From contig NJEG01000001.1 in the NCBI GenBank assembly GCA_002254565.1, forward strand, positions 1-58,645: a DNA stretch of 58,645 nucleotides, written 5' to 3'. The notes below the pieces were generated by a model. That model ran no database searches. It was not told where the DNA came from and was given only the letters and a program-made list of their open reading frames with translations. Shown here piece after piece: positions 9,127 through 18,274 of the stretch. How positions within the stretch are numbered: position 1 is the stretch's first letter; every line of letters begins with the position of its first letter. The stretch is from Candidatus Altiarchaeales archaeon ex4484_2. GTDB lineage: Archaea > Altiarchaeota > Altiarchaeia > IMC4 > QMZM01. The position numbers were made by a program, and so were the translations under genes.

Positions 9127-10458
9127 CTAAACACCGAACAGGTCAAGCAGCCTGTTGTAGCCCTTGAAGCTGTCAGACGAAGAAAACCTCTCTATCTCCT
9201 CATCCGGCAGATTCTCCAACAGATTATCTATTACACCTAATATGTTCTTAGTGTTTACGTTAATAAATTCTTTTTGTTCCCCAGTTCCCTTGTAGTCGCT
9301 GACTTTCTCGAAGAGCTCGTTATATACCTCATAATCGTCGGTTGTGGAGAATTCCTCTATCTTATCATCAGGCAGTTTACCTAAGAGACTATCCAACACA
9401 GGTAGTATCTCCTTCAGAAGCCTGATGGATTCCCCAGACAACTTAGGCTCTTTATCGCCCTTACCACCGCCCAAGAAATCCAGAAAACCCTTAGCCTTTT
9501 CCTTTACTTCCTCCTTTGAAGGCTTAATTTTTACTTCTCCTCCAGGAGGCTCATTTTTTCCCTCAACAGCCTTCTCTTTCATCACGGGAGGCTCCGGTTT
9601 TGAAGGCTTCGGTTTAGGAGGCTTTGGCTTCTCATCAACAGCCGCCCCACCCATCTCCTGAGGCTCTGGTTTAGGAGGCTTTGGCTTCTCATCAACACCC
9701 CTCCCTACATCCCCCCCAAAAGGCTCAATCTTTTCCTCTCCCTCCACAGCCTGCTTTTTAGCACCTAATGCGCCCTCTTTAAGCAAGTCCCTAGTACTAG
9801 GAGGCTTCTTCCGGGCTGCCATCACATCACCACTGGATTTAGTCCCAACCTCCTCCAATTCACTGTCTATGGAATAAATCGCCCTGGTGAGGTCACCAAT
9901 CTCCTTACCAATCCTGGACTCAATATCCAGCTTCCTCTCCTTCAGCTCGATTTCCCTACTCTCTACCTCATCCAGCTTCTCCTCAAGATTATAGCGTTTA
10001 CCCAAAACATTAGAGTATTCATCCAACACCTTAGTCTTCCTAGCAGATACCTTATCCAGCTCCCTCTCCTTCAGAACCAAATCCTTTAGGAACCTGGTTT
10101 TCTGCTTATGAACCTCGCTCATTTTGGAATCAATATCCCTCAAACCACCTGTGTCCCCGGATGATTCCTGTTTCAAAACCGCCTCATGAAGCCTTTTTAT
10201 TTCCAGGGTAACCCTCCTCAGATCCCCTCTTATCGAGGAGATAACACCCTCGATAGCATCCTCCTCCTGGGTAACTGCTTCAATATCTTTCTCCAGTTTC
10301 CCGCCAACTCCCACAATATCCCTTATCTTGCCCAGTGTATCCAGCTTCTCCTGCATAACCTCATCCAGCCCAGCATCTATACTAGAGCGCTCCTCCAGCA
10401 ACCGGCCGTCTCTATTATCCTTACCGGATTCCTTTTTGTCGTCTGAATTCTTTGCCAT
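9127..10458 (-). CDS. long coiled-coil protein with Pro/Lys-rich duplication and tandem C-terminal LPDxxIExF motifs
   Basis: 443 aa. The N-terminal 200 aa are heptad-like and charged. A 19-aa duplication reads VDEKPKPPKP...; the underlying 30-nt perfect repeat is at 9611-9640 and 9668-9697. Two C-terminal copies of LPD(D/E)xIExFSxxDxxxxYNxL follow. Confidence 0.6.
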   Translation of the reverse strand: MAKNSDDKKESGKDNRDGRLLEERSSIDAGLDEVMQEKLDTLGKIRDIVGVGGKLEKDIEAVTQEEDAIEGVISSIRGDLRRVTLEIKRLHEAVLKQESSGDTGGLRDIDSKMSEVHKQKTRFLKDLVLKERELDKVSARKTKVLDEYSNVLGKRYNLEEKLDEVESREIELKERKLDIESRIGKEIGDLTRAIYSIDSELEEVGTKSSGDVMAARKKPPSTRDLLKEGALGAKKQAVEGEEKIEPFGGDVGRGVDEKPKPPKPEPQEMGGAAVDEKPKPPKPKPSKPEPPVMKEKAVEGKNEPPGGEVKIKPSKEEVKEKAKGFLDFLGGGKGDKEPKLSGESIRLLKEILPVLDSLLGKLPDDKIEEFSTTDDYEVYNELFEKVSDYKGTGEQKEFINVNTKNILGVIDNLLENLPDEEIERFSSSDSFKGYNRLLDLFGV

Positions 10459-10507
10459 TTATTGTTAAATAAAGGAGTAAACAAGTATAAATCTATTTAC
10501 TCCCGCC

Positions 10508-11314
10508 TTATTTCACTAGGAGACATGGTGTTTTACTGTATTTAACAACCCTGCATGCCACATCACCCAAAAGGAACCTGGAAGGCGAACTCATGCCATG
10601 AGAGCCTAAAACGATAAGATCGTAGTTGTTTCCCTCAGCCTCAACCAGTATCTCCTCTGACGGCAGACCGTGACTTAACTTGACTTCCGTTTCTATGCCC
10701 TCTTCTTCCAGAATTTTTGCCGCCCGCTTCAAGGCAATGCATTCGGGTGTGTTGCATTCAAGAAACTCCGACAGACTCTCCCCCATCCCAAAACCCCGAT
10801 ACATTGCAGGCAACTCCGGAATCACATGCAGTATGGTTGCTTTAACGCCGGCAGTTTGGGCGATATTTGAACCGAACCTGACAGCGTTCTCAGCGAAAGA
10901 AGAGCCTCCGGTGCAAAATAGAATCTTCCTGATTTTTGGTCTCTTATCTCTAATCACAAGAATAGGGGTCTTTATGTGCTCGATAATCCTGACTGCGACA
11001 TCCCCAAACAGGAAGGCTCTGAGGTACTGTACGCCGTGGGAGCCCACGATCACAAGATCGTATTTGTTTCTCTGGGCGTGCTTCAGTATCTGCACGTCAG
11101 CTCTTCCCTTCAGTTTCCTTGTCTTAATTTTTTCAACACCCTTCTTCTCAATAATCTTCACAGCCTCGCTGAAAATCTCCTCTGATTCATCAACCCCATT
11201 CTCGACCACATGCAATACGGTGACATCTGCATTAACTGCTTTAGCTACCAGCGCAGCGAACTCCAATGAATTCTTATTTCTCTTCGACCCATCAGCACAT
11301 ACAAGTATTTTCAT
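10508..11314 (-). CDS. universal stress protein, tandem UspA domains
   Basis: 268 aa with two repeats of the USP layout (MKILVCADGS...LIVVGSHG and ILFCTGGS...LIVLGSHG). Confidence 0.85.
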   Translation of the reverse strand: MKILVCADGSKRNKNSLEFAALVAKAVNADVTVLHVVENGVDESEEIFSEAVKIIEKKGVEKIKTRKLKGRADVQILKHAQRNKYDLVIVGSHGVQYLRAFLFGDVAVRIIEHIKTPILVIRDKRPKIRKILFCTGGSSFAENAVRFGSNIAQTAGVKATILHVIPELPAMYRGFGMGESLSEFLECNTPECIALKRAAKILEEEGIETEVKLSHGLPSEEILVEAEGNNYDLIVLGSHGMSSPSRFLLGDVACRVVKYSKTPCLLVK

Positions 11315-11327
11315 AATCCCACCTCGA

Positions 11328-11354
11328 CAAGAAATTTACTTTGTAAATTTCTTG
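11328..11354. promoter_or_regulatory. perfect 12-bp inverted repeat with 3-nt spacer
   Basis: The sequence is caagaaatttac-ttt-gtaaatttcttg. It lies 14 nt upstream of the usp start (minus strand) and 36 nt downstream of the TauE-family stop. It is a candidate operator or terminator hairpin. Confidence 0.5.
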
Positions 11355-11389
11355 GTTATTGTGAAATATTGTTATATTTTATAAGTCCA

Positions 11390-12298
11390 TTAAAAATTTA
11401 TCACACCCCCGGATATGAGCGCATATATCATAACCAATGCGCCTATTAAAGGCAGAAACGAGAAATAGAATCTTATGTTCGGACCCGTCAGATACTTGGT
11501 CAATGATGCTCCTATGCTGGCTCCGATAGCAGCGCCGGTGTGCATAACAAGCGCCATCATGATGTCCACGTTCCCCTTCAGGGAGTGAGTTACTGTACCA
11601 TAGCTGGCAGATATTATTATCTCGAACAGATCAGTGCCTATCGCTATATGAGTCGGGCAACCTATCAGGTAAACCAGTGCCGGCACCCTTATGAACCCCC
11701 CCCCAACCCCAAGCAGACCAGCCAGAAACCCGGTAACAACACCCACAAGGAGGATAACCCACAGTGAAAGGTTTTCTATGCCGGATTCCGGGAGATTGAT
11801 CATGGGAGGTATCTTAATTGATTGTATCCTCCGGGAGACTGTCTTGAAGGAGATAGCCTCTTTCGCCGGCAACGCTTCACTGCTTTTTGTTTTAAGACTC
11901 TTCCTGCTCTCCCACATAACAAAAAGGGATATTGAGAAGAGGAGGATTACATAGAATACTCCGTTAACCAGGTCCAGGAACGCCCAGGAGTGTAGCAGCT
12001 CCACCATCTGAGCTCCTAGCTCGATGCCCACGATAGTTCCCATAACCATCAGGAACCCGAGTTTCATGTCCACATGCCCAAGAGTCCGGTGTCGCTTGGC
12101 AGCTACGACACTTTTACCGGTCATATGAGCCAAGTCTGTTCCCACCACGAAATTCATGGGCACGCCCAGAACGTACATCATGGGACCTGCCAAGAATCCC
12201 CCCCCAACACCGAAGAAACCTCCAAGGAGTCCTACGATTAAGCCAAGTAGTGCAAGAGCTATCGCGCTCACATGAATATCTGATATTGGAAAAAACAT
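11390..12298 (-). CDS. TauE/SafE-family anion exporter-like membrane protein
   Basis: 302 aa, polytopic, with two internally repeated halves carrying Gly-rich helices (GGFFGVGGGFLAGP; GLLGVGGGFIRVP). Confidence 0.75.
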   Translation of the reverse strand: MFFPISDIHVSAIALALLGLIVGLLGGFFGVGGGFLAGPMMYVLGVPMNFVVGTDLAHMTGKSVVAAKRHRTLGHVDMKLGFLMVMGTIVGIELGAQMVELLHSWAFLDLVNGVFYVILLFSISLFVMWESRKSLKTKSSEALPAKEAISFKTVSRRIQSIKIPPMINLPESGIENLSLWVILLVGVVTGFLAGLLGVGGGFIRVPALVYLIGCPTHIAIGTDLFEIIISASYGTVTHSLKGNVDIMMALVMHTGAAIGASIGASLTKYLTGPNIRFYFSFLPLIGALVMIYALISGGVINF

Positions 12299-12299
12299 C

Positions 12300-12536
12300 T
12301 TATCGTTCCTCTATCTTCTCCCGGATGTATGTTGAAACACCCTCCATTAAAACACCCTGACCCAGTATCAAGGCAAGAGCCAGGAAAGTGTAAAGAAGCA
12401 AGTCTGCCTTATAGATGTTATGGACATAATCGATTAGGAAGCTTAAAACCGTGAGGGTGTAGACAAACATCAGAATCCCATAGATGACCAGCTCCGTGCC
12501 CAGTTCCCTGAAGGTCAGCTCTTTAATGGAGTCCAT
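12300..12536 (-). CDS. small two-TM membrane protein
   Basis: 78 aa with two hydrophobic helices. Its stop lies 1 nt from the TauE-family start, which suggests co-translation. Confidence 0.45.
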   Translation of the reverse strand: MDSIKELTFRELGTELVIYGILMFVYTLTVLSFLIDYVHNIYKADLLLYTFLALALILGQGVLMEGVSTYIREKIEER

Positions 12537-12614
12537 ACAATAAGAATATTAGGATTTTTAGATAAATACCAGAGAATGTAAACTATTTATAGATGTTTGA
12601 GTTAATGGTTTAAC

Positions 12615-12773
12615 ATGGAGATAGACCTCTACTACCACCCTGAGAGAAATGAATACATTTTTATCTCAGATGGTAACGCATTAAGGGTTGATGAGGAAGA
12701 TTTCAACCACCTGAAGAAGAGCTTCAACCCCCTATTCTATCAGATGTGCAAAAACAAGAGAACCGAGAAATAA
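12615..12773 (+). CDS. small ORF (52 aa), not in supplied track
   Basis: ATG at 12615, TAA at 12771-12773. It translates to MEIDLYYHPERNEYIFISDGNALRVDEEDFNHLKKSFNPLFYQMCKNKRTEK. A TATA-like tttatag lies about 25-30 nt upstream of the ATG, which is leaderless-type spacing. It fills an otherwise empty 237-nt gap. Confidence 0.3.
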   Translation: MEIDLYYHPERNEYIFISDGNALRVDEEDFNHLKKSFNPLFYQMCKNKRTEK

Positions 12774-13964
12774 TTATCTCATTTTTTTCCTGGCCGCTAT
12801 CTCAGAGGGTAGACCCCACAGTTTCACGAACCCCTCAGCCAGCCTGTGGTCGAAACGGTCGCCTCTGTCGTATGTGGCCAAACCCAGATCATAAAGTGAG
12901 TTAGGGGATTCCCTCCCGGTGACATAAACATTACCTTTATAGAGTTTCATCCTTAGTTTCCCAGAGACAACACGCTGGGATTCATTGATGAACGCCTCCA
13001 GGTCACTTTTTAGGGGCTCATGCCATTGCCCAAAGTAGACCATCTGGCTCCATCTGGAGTCGACTATCTCCTTGAACAGGTTCTCCTCCCGGCTAAGGGT
13101 CAGCTTCTCCAAATCAGAGTGAGCCTTCAGGATTATGGATGCTGCAGGACACTCATAGACTTCTCTTGACTTAATCCCCACCAACCGGTCTTCAACAGTA
13201 TCTATGCGCCCAATACCATGTTTTCCACCCAACCGGTTAAGCTCCTTAATCAACCCCACCCCGCTCCTCTCTTCACCGTTCAATGCTGACGGAATCCCTT
13301 CATTAAACTCCAGTTCAATATATTCCGGCTTATCTGGTGCCTTCTCTGGAGACGTGGTCCAAGAGTAAACCTCCTCCCCGGGCTCGTTAGCCAAGTCCTC
13401 CAGCGGGCCGGCTTCAACACTCCTCCCCCACAGGTTCACATCAATACTGTAGGGGCTTTTCTTCTTTACGGGTACGGGTATATCGTGTTTTCTGGCGTAG
13501 TCTACAGCCTCGTCTCGGGTTAAATCCCACTCCCTGGCCGGCGCGATAATATCCAATTCAGGATTCAATGCCCTCACAGCCAGCTCGAACCGGACCTGAT
13601 CGTTGCCTTTACCGGTTGAGCCATGGGCTACCGCATCAGCTTTCTCTTTTTCTGCAATCTCCACAAGGTATTTGCTTATAAGAGGTCTTGCCAGGGCAGT
13701 GGATAACGGATACACTTTCTCATAGAAGCCGTTTGCCTTGATGGATGGATTGATGAACTCATTAACGAACTCTTCTCTGGCATCGATGCTGTAGGTTTCT
13801 ACGGCACCAAGCTCTCTTGCTTTTTCCTCAATCTGTTCCAGATCGGATTCCTCCTGCCCAACCTCCAGCGTCAGGGAAACAACCTCTGCCCGGTATTCCT
13901 CCATAAGCCACCTGATGCATATGGATGTGTCCAGCCCCCCAGAGTATGCGAGAACAACCTTCAT
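12774..13964 (-). CDS. argG: argininosuccinate synthase
   Basis: 396 aa with the N-terminal PP-loop AYSGGLDTS and full-length family resemblance. Confidence 0.95.
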   Translation of the reverse strand: MKVVLAYSGGLDTSICIRWLMEEYRAEVVSLTLEVGQEESDLEQIEEKARELGAVETYSIDAREEFVNEFINPSIKANGFYEKVYPLSTALARPLISKYLVEIAEKEKADAVAHGSTGKGNDQVRFELAVRALNPELDIIAPAREWDLTRDEAVDYARKHDIPVPVKKKSPYSIDVNLWGRSVEAGPLEDLANEPGEEVYSWTTSPEKAPDKPEYIELEFNEGIPSALNGEERSGVGLIKELNRLGGKHGIGRIDTVEDRLVGIKSREVYECPAASIILKAHSDLEKLTLSREENLFKEIVDSRWSQMVYFGQWHEPLKSDLEAFINESQRVVSGKLRMKLYKGNVYVTGRESPNSLYDLGLATYDRGDRFDHRLAEGFVKLWGLPSEIAARKKMR

Positions 13965-14001
13965 CGTTAATATTTTATAGTAGCAAGTTAAATACTATAA
14001 C

Positions 14002-14919
14002 ATGAAAGAGGACTTCACCTCAATCCTGTTGGATGGTTTTGCCACCTGGAGAAACAACCCCTGGATTTGCGTCCCCTTCATACTTGATTTTCTTGCAGTG
14101 ATCGTCTTCAGCATCCTTTATTTCATCGCTGTTATTTTGGTGTTGGGCATCCTTGGTTTCGGTGTTTTCTCCCTCTTTTCCTCCGGCCAGCCGGAAGGGA
14201 TGCAGAACCTTGCACCCCACCTCATGGGCGGGCTGGTGATTGCGTTAATCATTGTATTGGCACTGGTTCTGGTGTATTACATTATAACAATCCTGATAAC
14301 ATCATTCTTCACTGCGGGAGCTATAGGAATGTCCAAGGAAGCAATAGAGAAAAACAAAACATCGGTTTCAACCATGATAGACTATGGCAGGAGGAAGATG
14401 ATGAGCCTCTTCGCAGTGAACGTAATAATCTCTTTGGTATACCTGCTGGCTGTTGTAATAATTGTTGGTGTCTTCATTGGGGTTCCCATAATGCTAGGTT
14501 TTTCGTTGGGGGGAGATGGCTTGATGGGGTTTTTATTCATTCTCCCGGGCCTGCTTTTGTTAATCCTCTGCCTGATTGTGCTCAGCATTGTGTTCGCGCC
14601 AGTTCAATACGCTCTGGTGTTATCTGACCTCAGGACCATAGATGGGCTGAAGAGGGGGGTATCCTTCTTCCTTGAAAACAAGCTTTTTGTTTTCCTACTC
14701 TGGCTTATAATCTCCATGATATCGATTTTCGTAGAGGTCCTGAACCTCATATACAGGTTTGCTGTAGAGCAACTGCCCACTATCCTGAGCCTGATAATGT
14801 CGTTCACGGGGTTGCTGATATACCTTGTTGTATTGTTGGTTGTGGTAACGCCCCTCTTCACTGTATGGTGGTCCCGGCTCTATCTAGCGAGGACGGGAAC
14901 AGGAGATTCTATTTATTAG
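14002..14919 (+). CDS. polytopic membrane protein, unknown function
   Basis: 305 aa with about 6 long hydrophobic helices. No motif recognised. Confidence 0.6.
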   Translation: MKEDFTSILLDGFATWRNNPWICVPFILDFLAVIVFSILYFIAVILVLGILGFGVFSLFSSGQPEGMQNLAPHLMGGLVIALIIVLALVLVYYIITILITSFFTAGAIGMSKEAIEKNKTSVSTMIDYGRRKMMSLFAVNVIISLVYLLAVVIIVGVFIGVPIMLGFSLGGDGLMGFLFILPGLLLLILCLIVLSIVFAPVQYALVLSDLRTIDGLKRGVSFFLENKLFVFLLWLIISMISIFVEVLNLIYRFAVEQLPTILSLIMSFTGLLIYLVVLLVVVTPLFTVWWSRLYLARTGTGDSIY

Positions 14920-14943
14920 CTTAAAAAGCTAATTGTTTACCTG

Positions 14944-15876
14944 ATGAGTTTAAAGCACTGGAACAAGAAACACATTATATCCATCCGTGATTTCTCCAGA
15001 GATGAGATAGATTTTGTTCTCAAGAAATCAGCTCTGATGGAGGATAAACTCTCCTCCAGTAAACCAGTGAAGCTGATGAAGGGCCGGATTCTGGCTAACC
15101 TGTTCTTCGAACCCTCCACAAGGACAAGGATGTCCTTCGAGACCGCCATGAAAAGATTAGGTGGTAAGACTGTGGGTTTTAGTGTAGCGGAAACAACATC
15201 AGAGGCTAAGGGAGAAACCATCACCGACACCGTCCGGGTGGTTGAAGGCTACGCTGACGTGATAGTCTTAAGGCACCCTGCTGAGGGAGCAGCCAGGGTA
15301 GCATCAGAGAACATAAAAATCCCGTTAATAAACGGAGGGGATGGGGCAAACCAGCACCCGACTCAGACGCTTCTGGATCTGTATACCATCCAGAAGGAAT
15401 ACAAAAAGATAGACGGGCTCTCCATCGCCATGGTAGGTGACCTGAAATATGGGAGAACCGTGCATTCCCTTGCCAACGCACTTGAAAGCTACAACGTAAA
15501 ACTGACCTTCATCTCCCCCAGAGAGCTGAAGATGCCCAAGAGAATGGTGAACAGATTAAGGGATAAAAACATTGAGGTCAAGGAAACAACAAAACTCAAT
15601 ATAGGGAATGCTGATGTAATCTACGCTACAAGAATCCAGAGAGAGAGATTCCCTGACCTGCAGGAGTTCGAAAGAGTTAAGGAGGCCTATGTCCTGGATG
15701 AGATCATACTAAATAAACTGAAGGATGATGCCATAATAATGCACCCCCTGCCCAGGGTCTCGGAGATTTCACCGGAGATAGATGAGACCAGGCACGCCAG
15801 GTACTTCCAGCAGTCCAGGAATGGCGTGCCAGTGAGGATGGCTCTTCTCTGCCTAGTCTGTGGGGTGGATTTCTAG
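14944..15876 (+). CDS. pyrB: aspartate carbamoyltransferase catalytic subunit
   Basis: 310 aa with FFEPSTRTRMSFE and HPLPRV motifs. Confidence 0.95.
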   Translation: MSLKHWNKKHIISIRDFSRDEIDFVLKKSALMEDKLSSSKPVKLMKGRILANLFFEPSTRTRMSFETAMKRLGGKTVGFSVAETTSEAKGETITDTVRVVEGYADVIVLRHPAEGAARVASENIKIPLINGGDGANQHPTQTLLDLYTIQKEYKKIDGLSIAMVGDLKYGRTVHSLANALESYNVKLTFISPRELKMPKRMVNRLRDKNIEVKETTKLNIGNADVIYATRIQRERFPDLQEFERVKEAYVLDEIILNKLKDDAIIMHPLPRVSEISPEIDETRHARYFQQSRNGVPVRMALLCLVCGVDF

Positions 15877-15877
15877 G

Positions 15878-16342
15878 ATGGATGATAAGAAACAAGAGAG
15901 GAAGCTGAAGATCAGGAACATAAAAAATGGCATCTCCATAGACCACATTACTGCAGGTAAAGCTCCCGAGGTATTGAAGATACTGGGTATCGATAGGGGT
16001 TTCACGGACTCTGTTACCCTAGCCATGAACGTGAAAAGCAGCAAGATGCGTAAGAAGGACATAGTGAAGGTGGAGAACAAGGATTTGGATGTGAACGAGA
16101 TAAACAAGATTTCTGTGATAGCCCCACAGGCCACCATAAACTGGATTCATGACTATCAGGTGGTAAAAAAAGAAAAGGTTAAACTGCCAGATGAACTGAT
16201 AGGTATAGTTAAATGTCCCAACCCCTCATGCATCACAAACAAAGAACGCGAGCCTGTTAAGTCGATATTTCTTGTGAAAAACACCAACCCGGTGGTGCTT
16301 GTGTGCAAATACTGTGAGAGAGAAACAGAAAGCCTCTATTAG
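15878..16342 (+). CDS. pyrI: aspartate carbamoyltransferase regulatory subunit
   Basis: LKIRNIKNGISIDHI N-domain and a Zn domain (CPNPSCITN...CKYCE). I place the start at ATG 15878, with SD-like GGGGTGGA 8 nt upstream, rather than the GTG at 15860 used by the track. Confidence 0.9.
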   Translation: MDDKKQERKLKIRNIKNGISIDHITAGKAPEVLKILGIDRGFTDSVTLAMNVKSSKMRKKDIVKVENKDLDVNEINKISVIAPQATINWIHDYQVVKKEKVKLPDELIGIVKCPNPSCITNKEREPVKSIFLVKNTNPVVLVCKYCERETESLY

Positions 16343-16344
16343 GT

Positions 16345-17835
16345 TTACTTGTTGACGAGAATATCCATGACCTCGGATTCCGTCAGCTCCTTTGCTTTCG
16401 CTATCTTATCCCTCTTTTTCCAAACACTCTTCCTGTACCCTTTCACCCCCGACTTCAGGGAGGAGACCATCCTCCCAACCTCCTTCGGTGATGTACCTCC
16501 AAGGCTACTGTTGGCTTCAACAACCCTCTTTGAGTCAACCAGTTTCTTAAGCTCATTCAAGGGTATGCTACCATCTATCTCCTTCTTCAGTAACGCAAAT
16601 GTTTCATCGATATCCCTGAGGGTTTTACCTTCATCGGCCAGTTTGCTCACCACATCACCTATCACTTGATGTGATTCCCTGAAGCTCATCTTGTTTACCT
16701 TAACCAGGTGGTTAGCCAGCTCTGTTGCCGCAGCAAAGCTTTCATCAACAACATCCTCCATTTTTTTCTTGTTGAATTCAGCTTCCGAAAGCATCCCACC
16801 CATAACGTCCAGAGACATTCTGGTCGTTTTCAGTGAATTCCAGAGCAGGGAGCGGTCCTCCTGCAGGTCCCGGTTGTATCCTAACGGCAGGCCCTTCAGT
16901 ATAGAAAGCGACTGCATAAGTGCACCGTATACTCTGCCTGTCTTGCCCCGCACCATCTCAGCAGCATCAGGGTTCTTTTTCTGGGGCATGATAGAGCTTC
17001 CTGTTGTGTAACCCTCCGGCAGGCTGATGAAATCGAATTCACGACTGCTCCAGAGGATAAGATCCTCAGCCATGCGGGACAGGTTGGACATGAGGATGGA
17101 TAACACAGAGAAGGTCTCCACCACGAAATCCCGGGAGCTCACGGTATCAAGAGCGTGCACATGAACGGAGTCGAACCCCATGAGCTTTGCTGTAATATTC
17201 CTGTCTATTTTGAATGATGTCCCTGCTAATGCAGCCGCGCCCAGGGGGCTCCTGTTGACTCTGGAGTAGAGCGCTTCAAGCCTCTCCAGGTCCCTCATAA
17301 GCATGCTCACATAGGCGGTAGCCCAGAAGCCCAGGGTTATCGGCTGGGCATGCTGTAGATGAGTGAAGCCAGGCATTATGGTGTCCACTGTCTTGGACGC
17401 CAGCTTAAGAAGAACATTCTGGAGCCCCATCACGGAGTCCATTACTTCAAGTATCTCCTCCCTCAGCCTTAGTTTCACATCCGTTACGACCTGGTCGTTC
17501 CTGGAGCGGGCTATGTGCAGTTTCCCCCCGTACTCGATACCACAGTTCCGTATTATGTAGGATTCCACGTTAAGGTGTACGTCCTCAAGAGTGGGGTCGA
17601 GTTCGAATTTATTTCCTCTGATGTCTTCCTTGGCTATCTGCAAGCAATTAAGCATCTCTCTAGCATAGCATTTCTCGATAGACCCCACGCTTACCAGCAT
17701 CAGGAGGTGGGCTTCATTACCCCAGATATCCTCATAGACCATGTCTTTATCTATCCCGGTTGAGTCGATGAACTCCCTCATCTCATCAGTGACATCCTTA
17801 TTGAATCTACCCTTCAGATAACGCTTTGAACCCAT
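16345..17835 (-). CDS. argH: argininosuccinate lyase
   Basis: 496 aa with the fumarate-lyase signature GSSIMPQKKNPD. Confidence 0.95.
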   Translation of the reverse strand: MGSKRYLKGRFNKDVTDEMREFIDSTGIDKDMVYEDIWGNEAHLLMLVSVGSIEKCYAREMLNCLQIAKEDIRGNKFELDPTLEDVHLNVESYIIRNCGIEYGGKLHIARSRNDQVVTDVKLRLREEILEVMDSVMGLQNVLLKLASKTVDTIMPGFTHLQHAQPITLGFWATAYVSMLMRDLERLEALYSRVNRSPLGAAALAGTSFKIDRNITAKLMGFDSVHVHALDTVSSRDFVVETFSVLSILMSNLSRMAEDLILWSSREFDFISLPEGYTTGSSIMPQKKNPDAAEMVRGKTGRVYGALMQSLSILKGLPLGYNRDLQEDRSLLWNSLKTTRMSLDVMGGMLSEAEFNKKKMEDVVDESFAAATELANHLVKVNKMSFRESHQVIGDVVSKLADEGKTLRDIDETFALLKKEIDGSIPLNELKKLVDSKRVVEANSSLGGTSPKEVGRMVSSLKSGVKGYRKSVWKKRDKIAKAKELTESEVMDILVNK

Positions 17836-17900
17836 ATCTAAGAGATAATTTGACGTAATACTATAAATAGTTTATAAAACAAAAAAGTTAGGTGGTTTAA

Positions 17901-18272
17901 TTGATTACCCCAATGTCTCTGGTTACAATCGCAACATATCTGCTTCTGATACCCTTCAACAAGCTGGTGCTGGATTACCTCTCCAGCCTGTTCAATGAGA
18001 AAGGAAGCGGGTGGGATATAGCCATTCCTCTAGCTCTTCTTGGAGTGGTTCTTGAGCTGGGCAGGGTGCTTTTTTTACTGGAGGAGGGTATTCTATACAT
18101 CATCTCGGGCCTGAATTATGTTACATACTATCTAGCTGCCCTGCTACTGATAAAGAGAGTATATGAGCCGGGTCTGTGGAAGACGCTGGCTTTGTGGATT
18201 ATCTTCTCCATGGCAGAGATATTCATGTACGTCCTCCTGAGCGTGTTGATGGTTTGCTTTTTTATCCTGTGA
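17901..18272 (+). CDS. small membrane protein, unknown function
   Basis: 123 aa with 4 hydrophobic helices. The track start is TTG (SD-like GGTGG 5 nt upstream); an alternative ATG is at 17913. Confidence 0.5.
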   Translation: MITPMSLVTIATYLLLIPFNKLVLDYLSSLFNEKGSGWDIAIPLALLGVVLELGRVLFLLEEGILYIISGLNYVTYYLAALLLIKRVYEPGLWKTLALWIIFSMAEIFMYVLLSVLMVCFFIL

Positions 18273-18274
18273 TT

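Noticed and set aside
10680-11384. Long antisense ORFs in the track. Examples are 10680-11384 (+), 24812-25501 (+), 29420-30043 (-), 51963-52538 (-) and 50623-51030 (-).
   Set aside because: Each lies wholly inside a gene whose opposite-strand translation carries strong family motifs (USP, AhcY, FIST, IPMDH-like, HMGR). Their translations are Ser/Pro/Arg-rich and typical of shadow frames.
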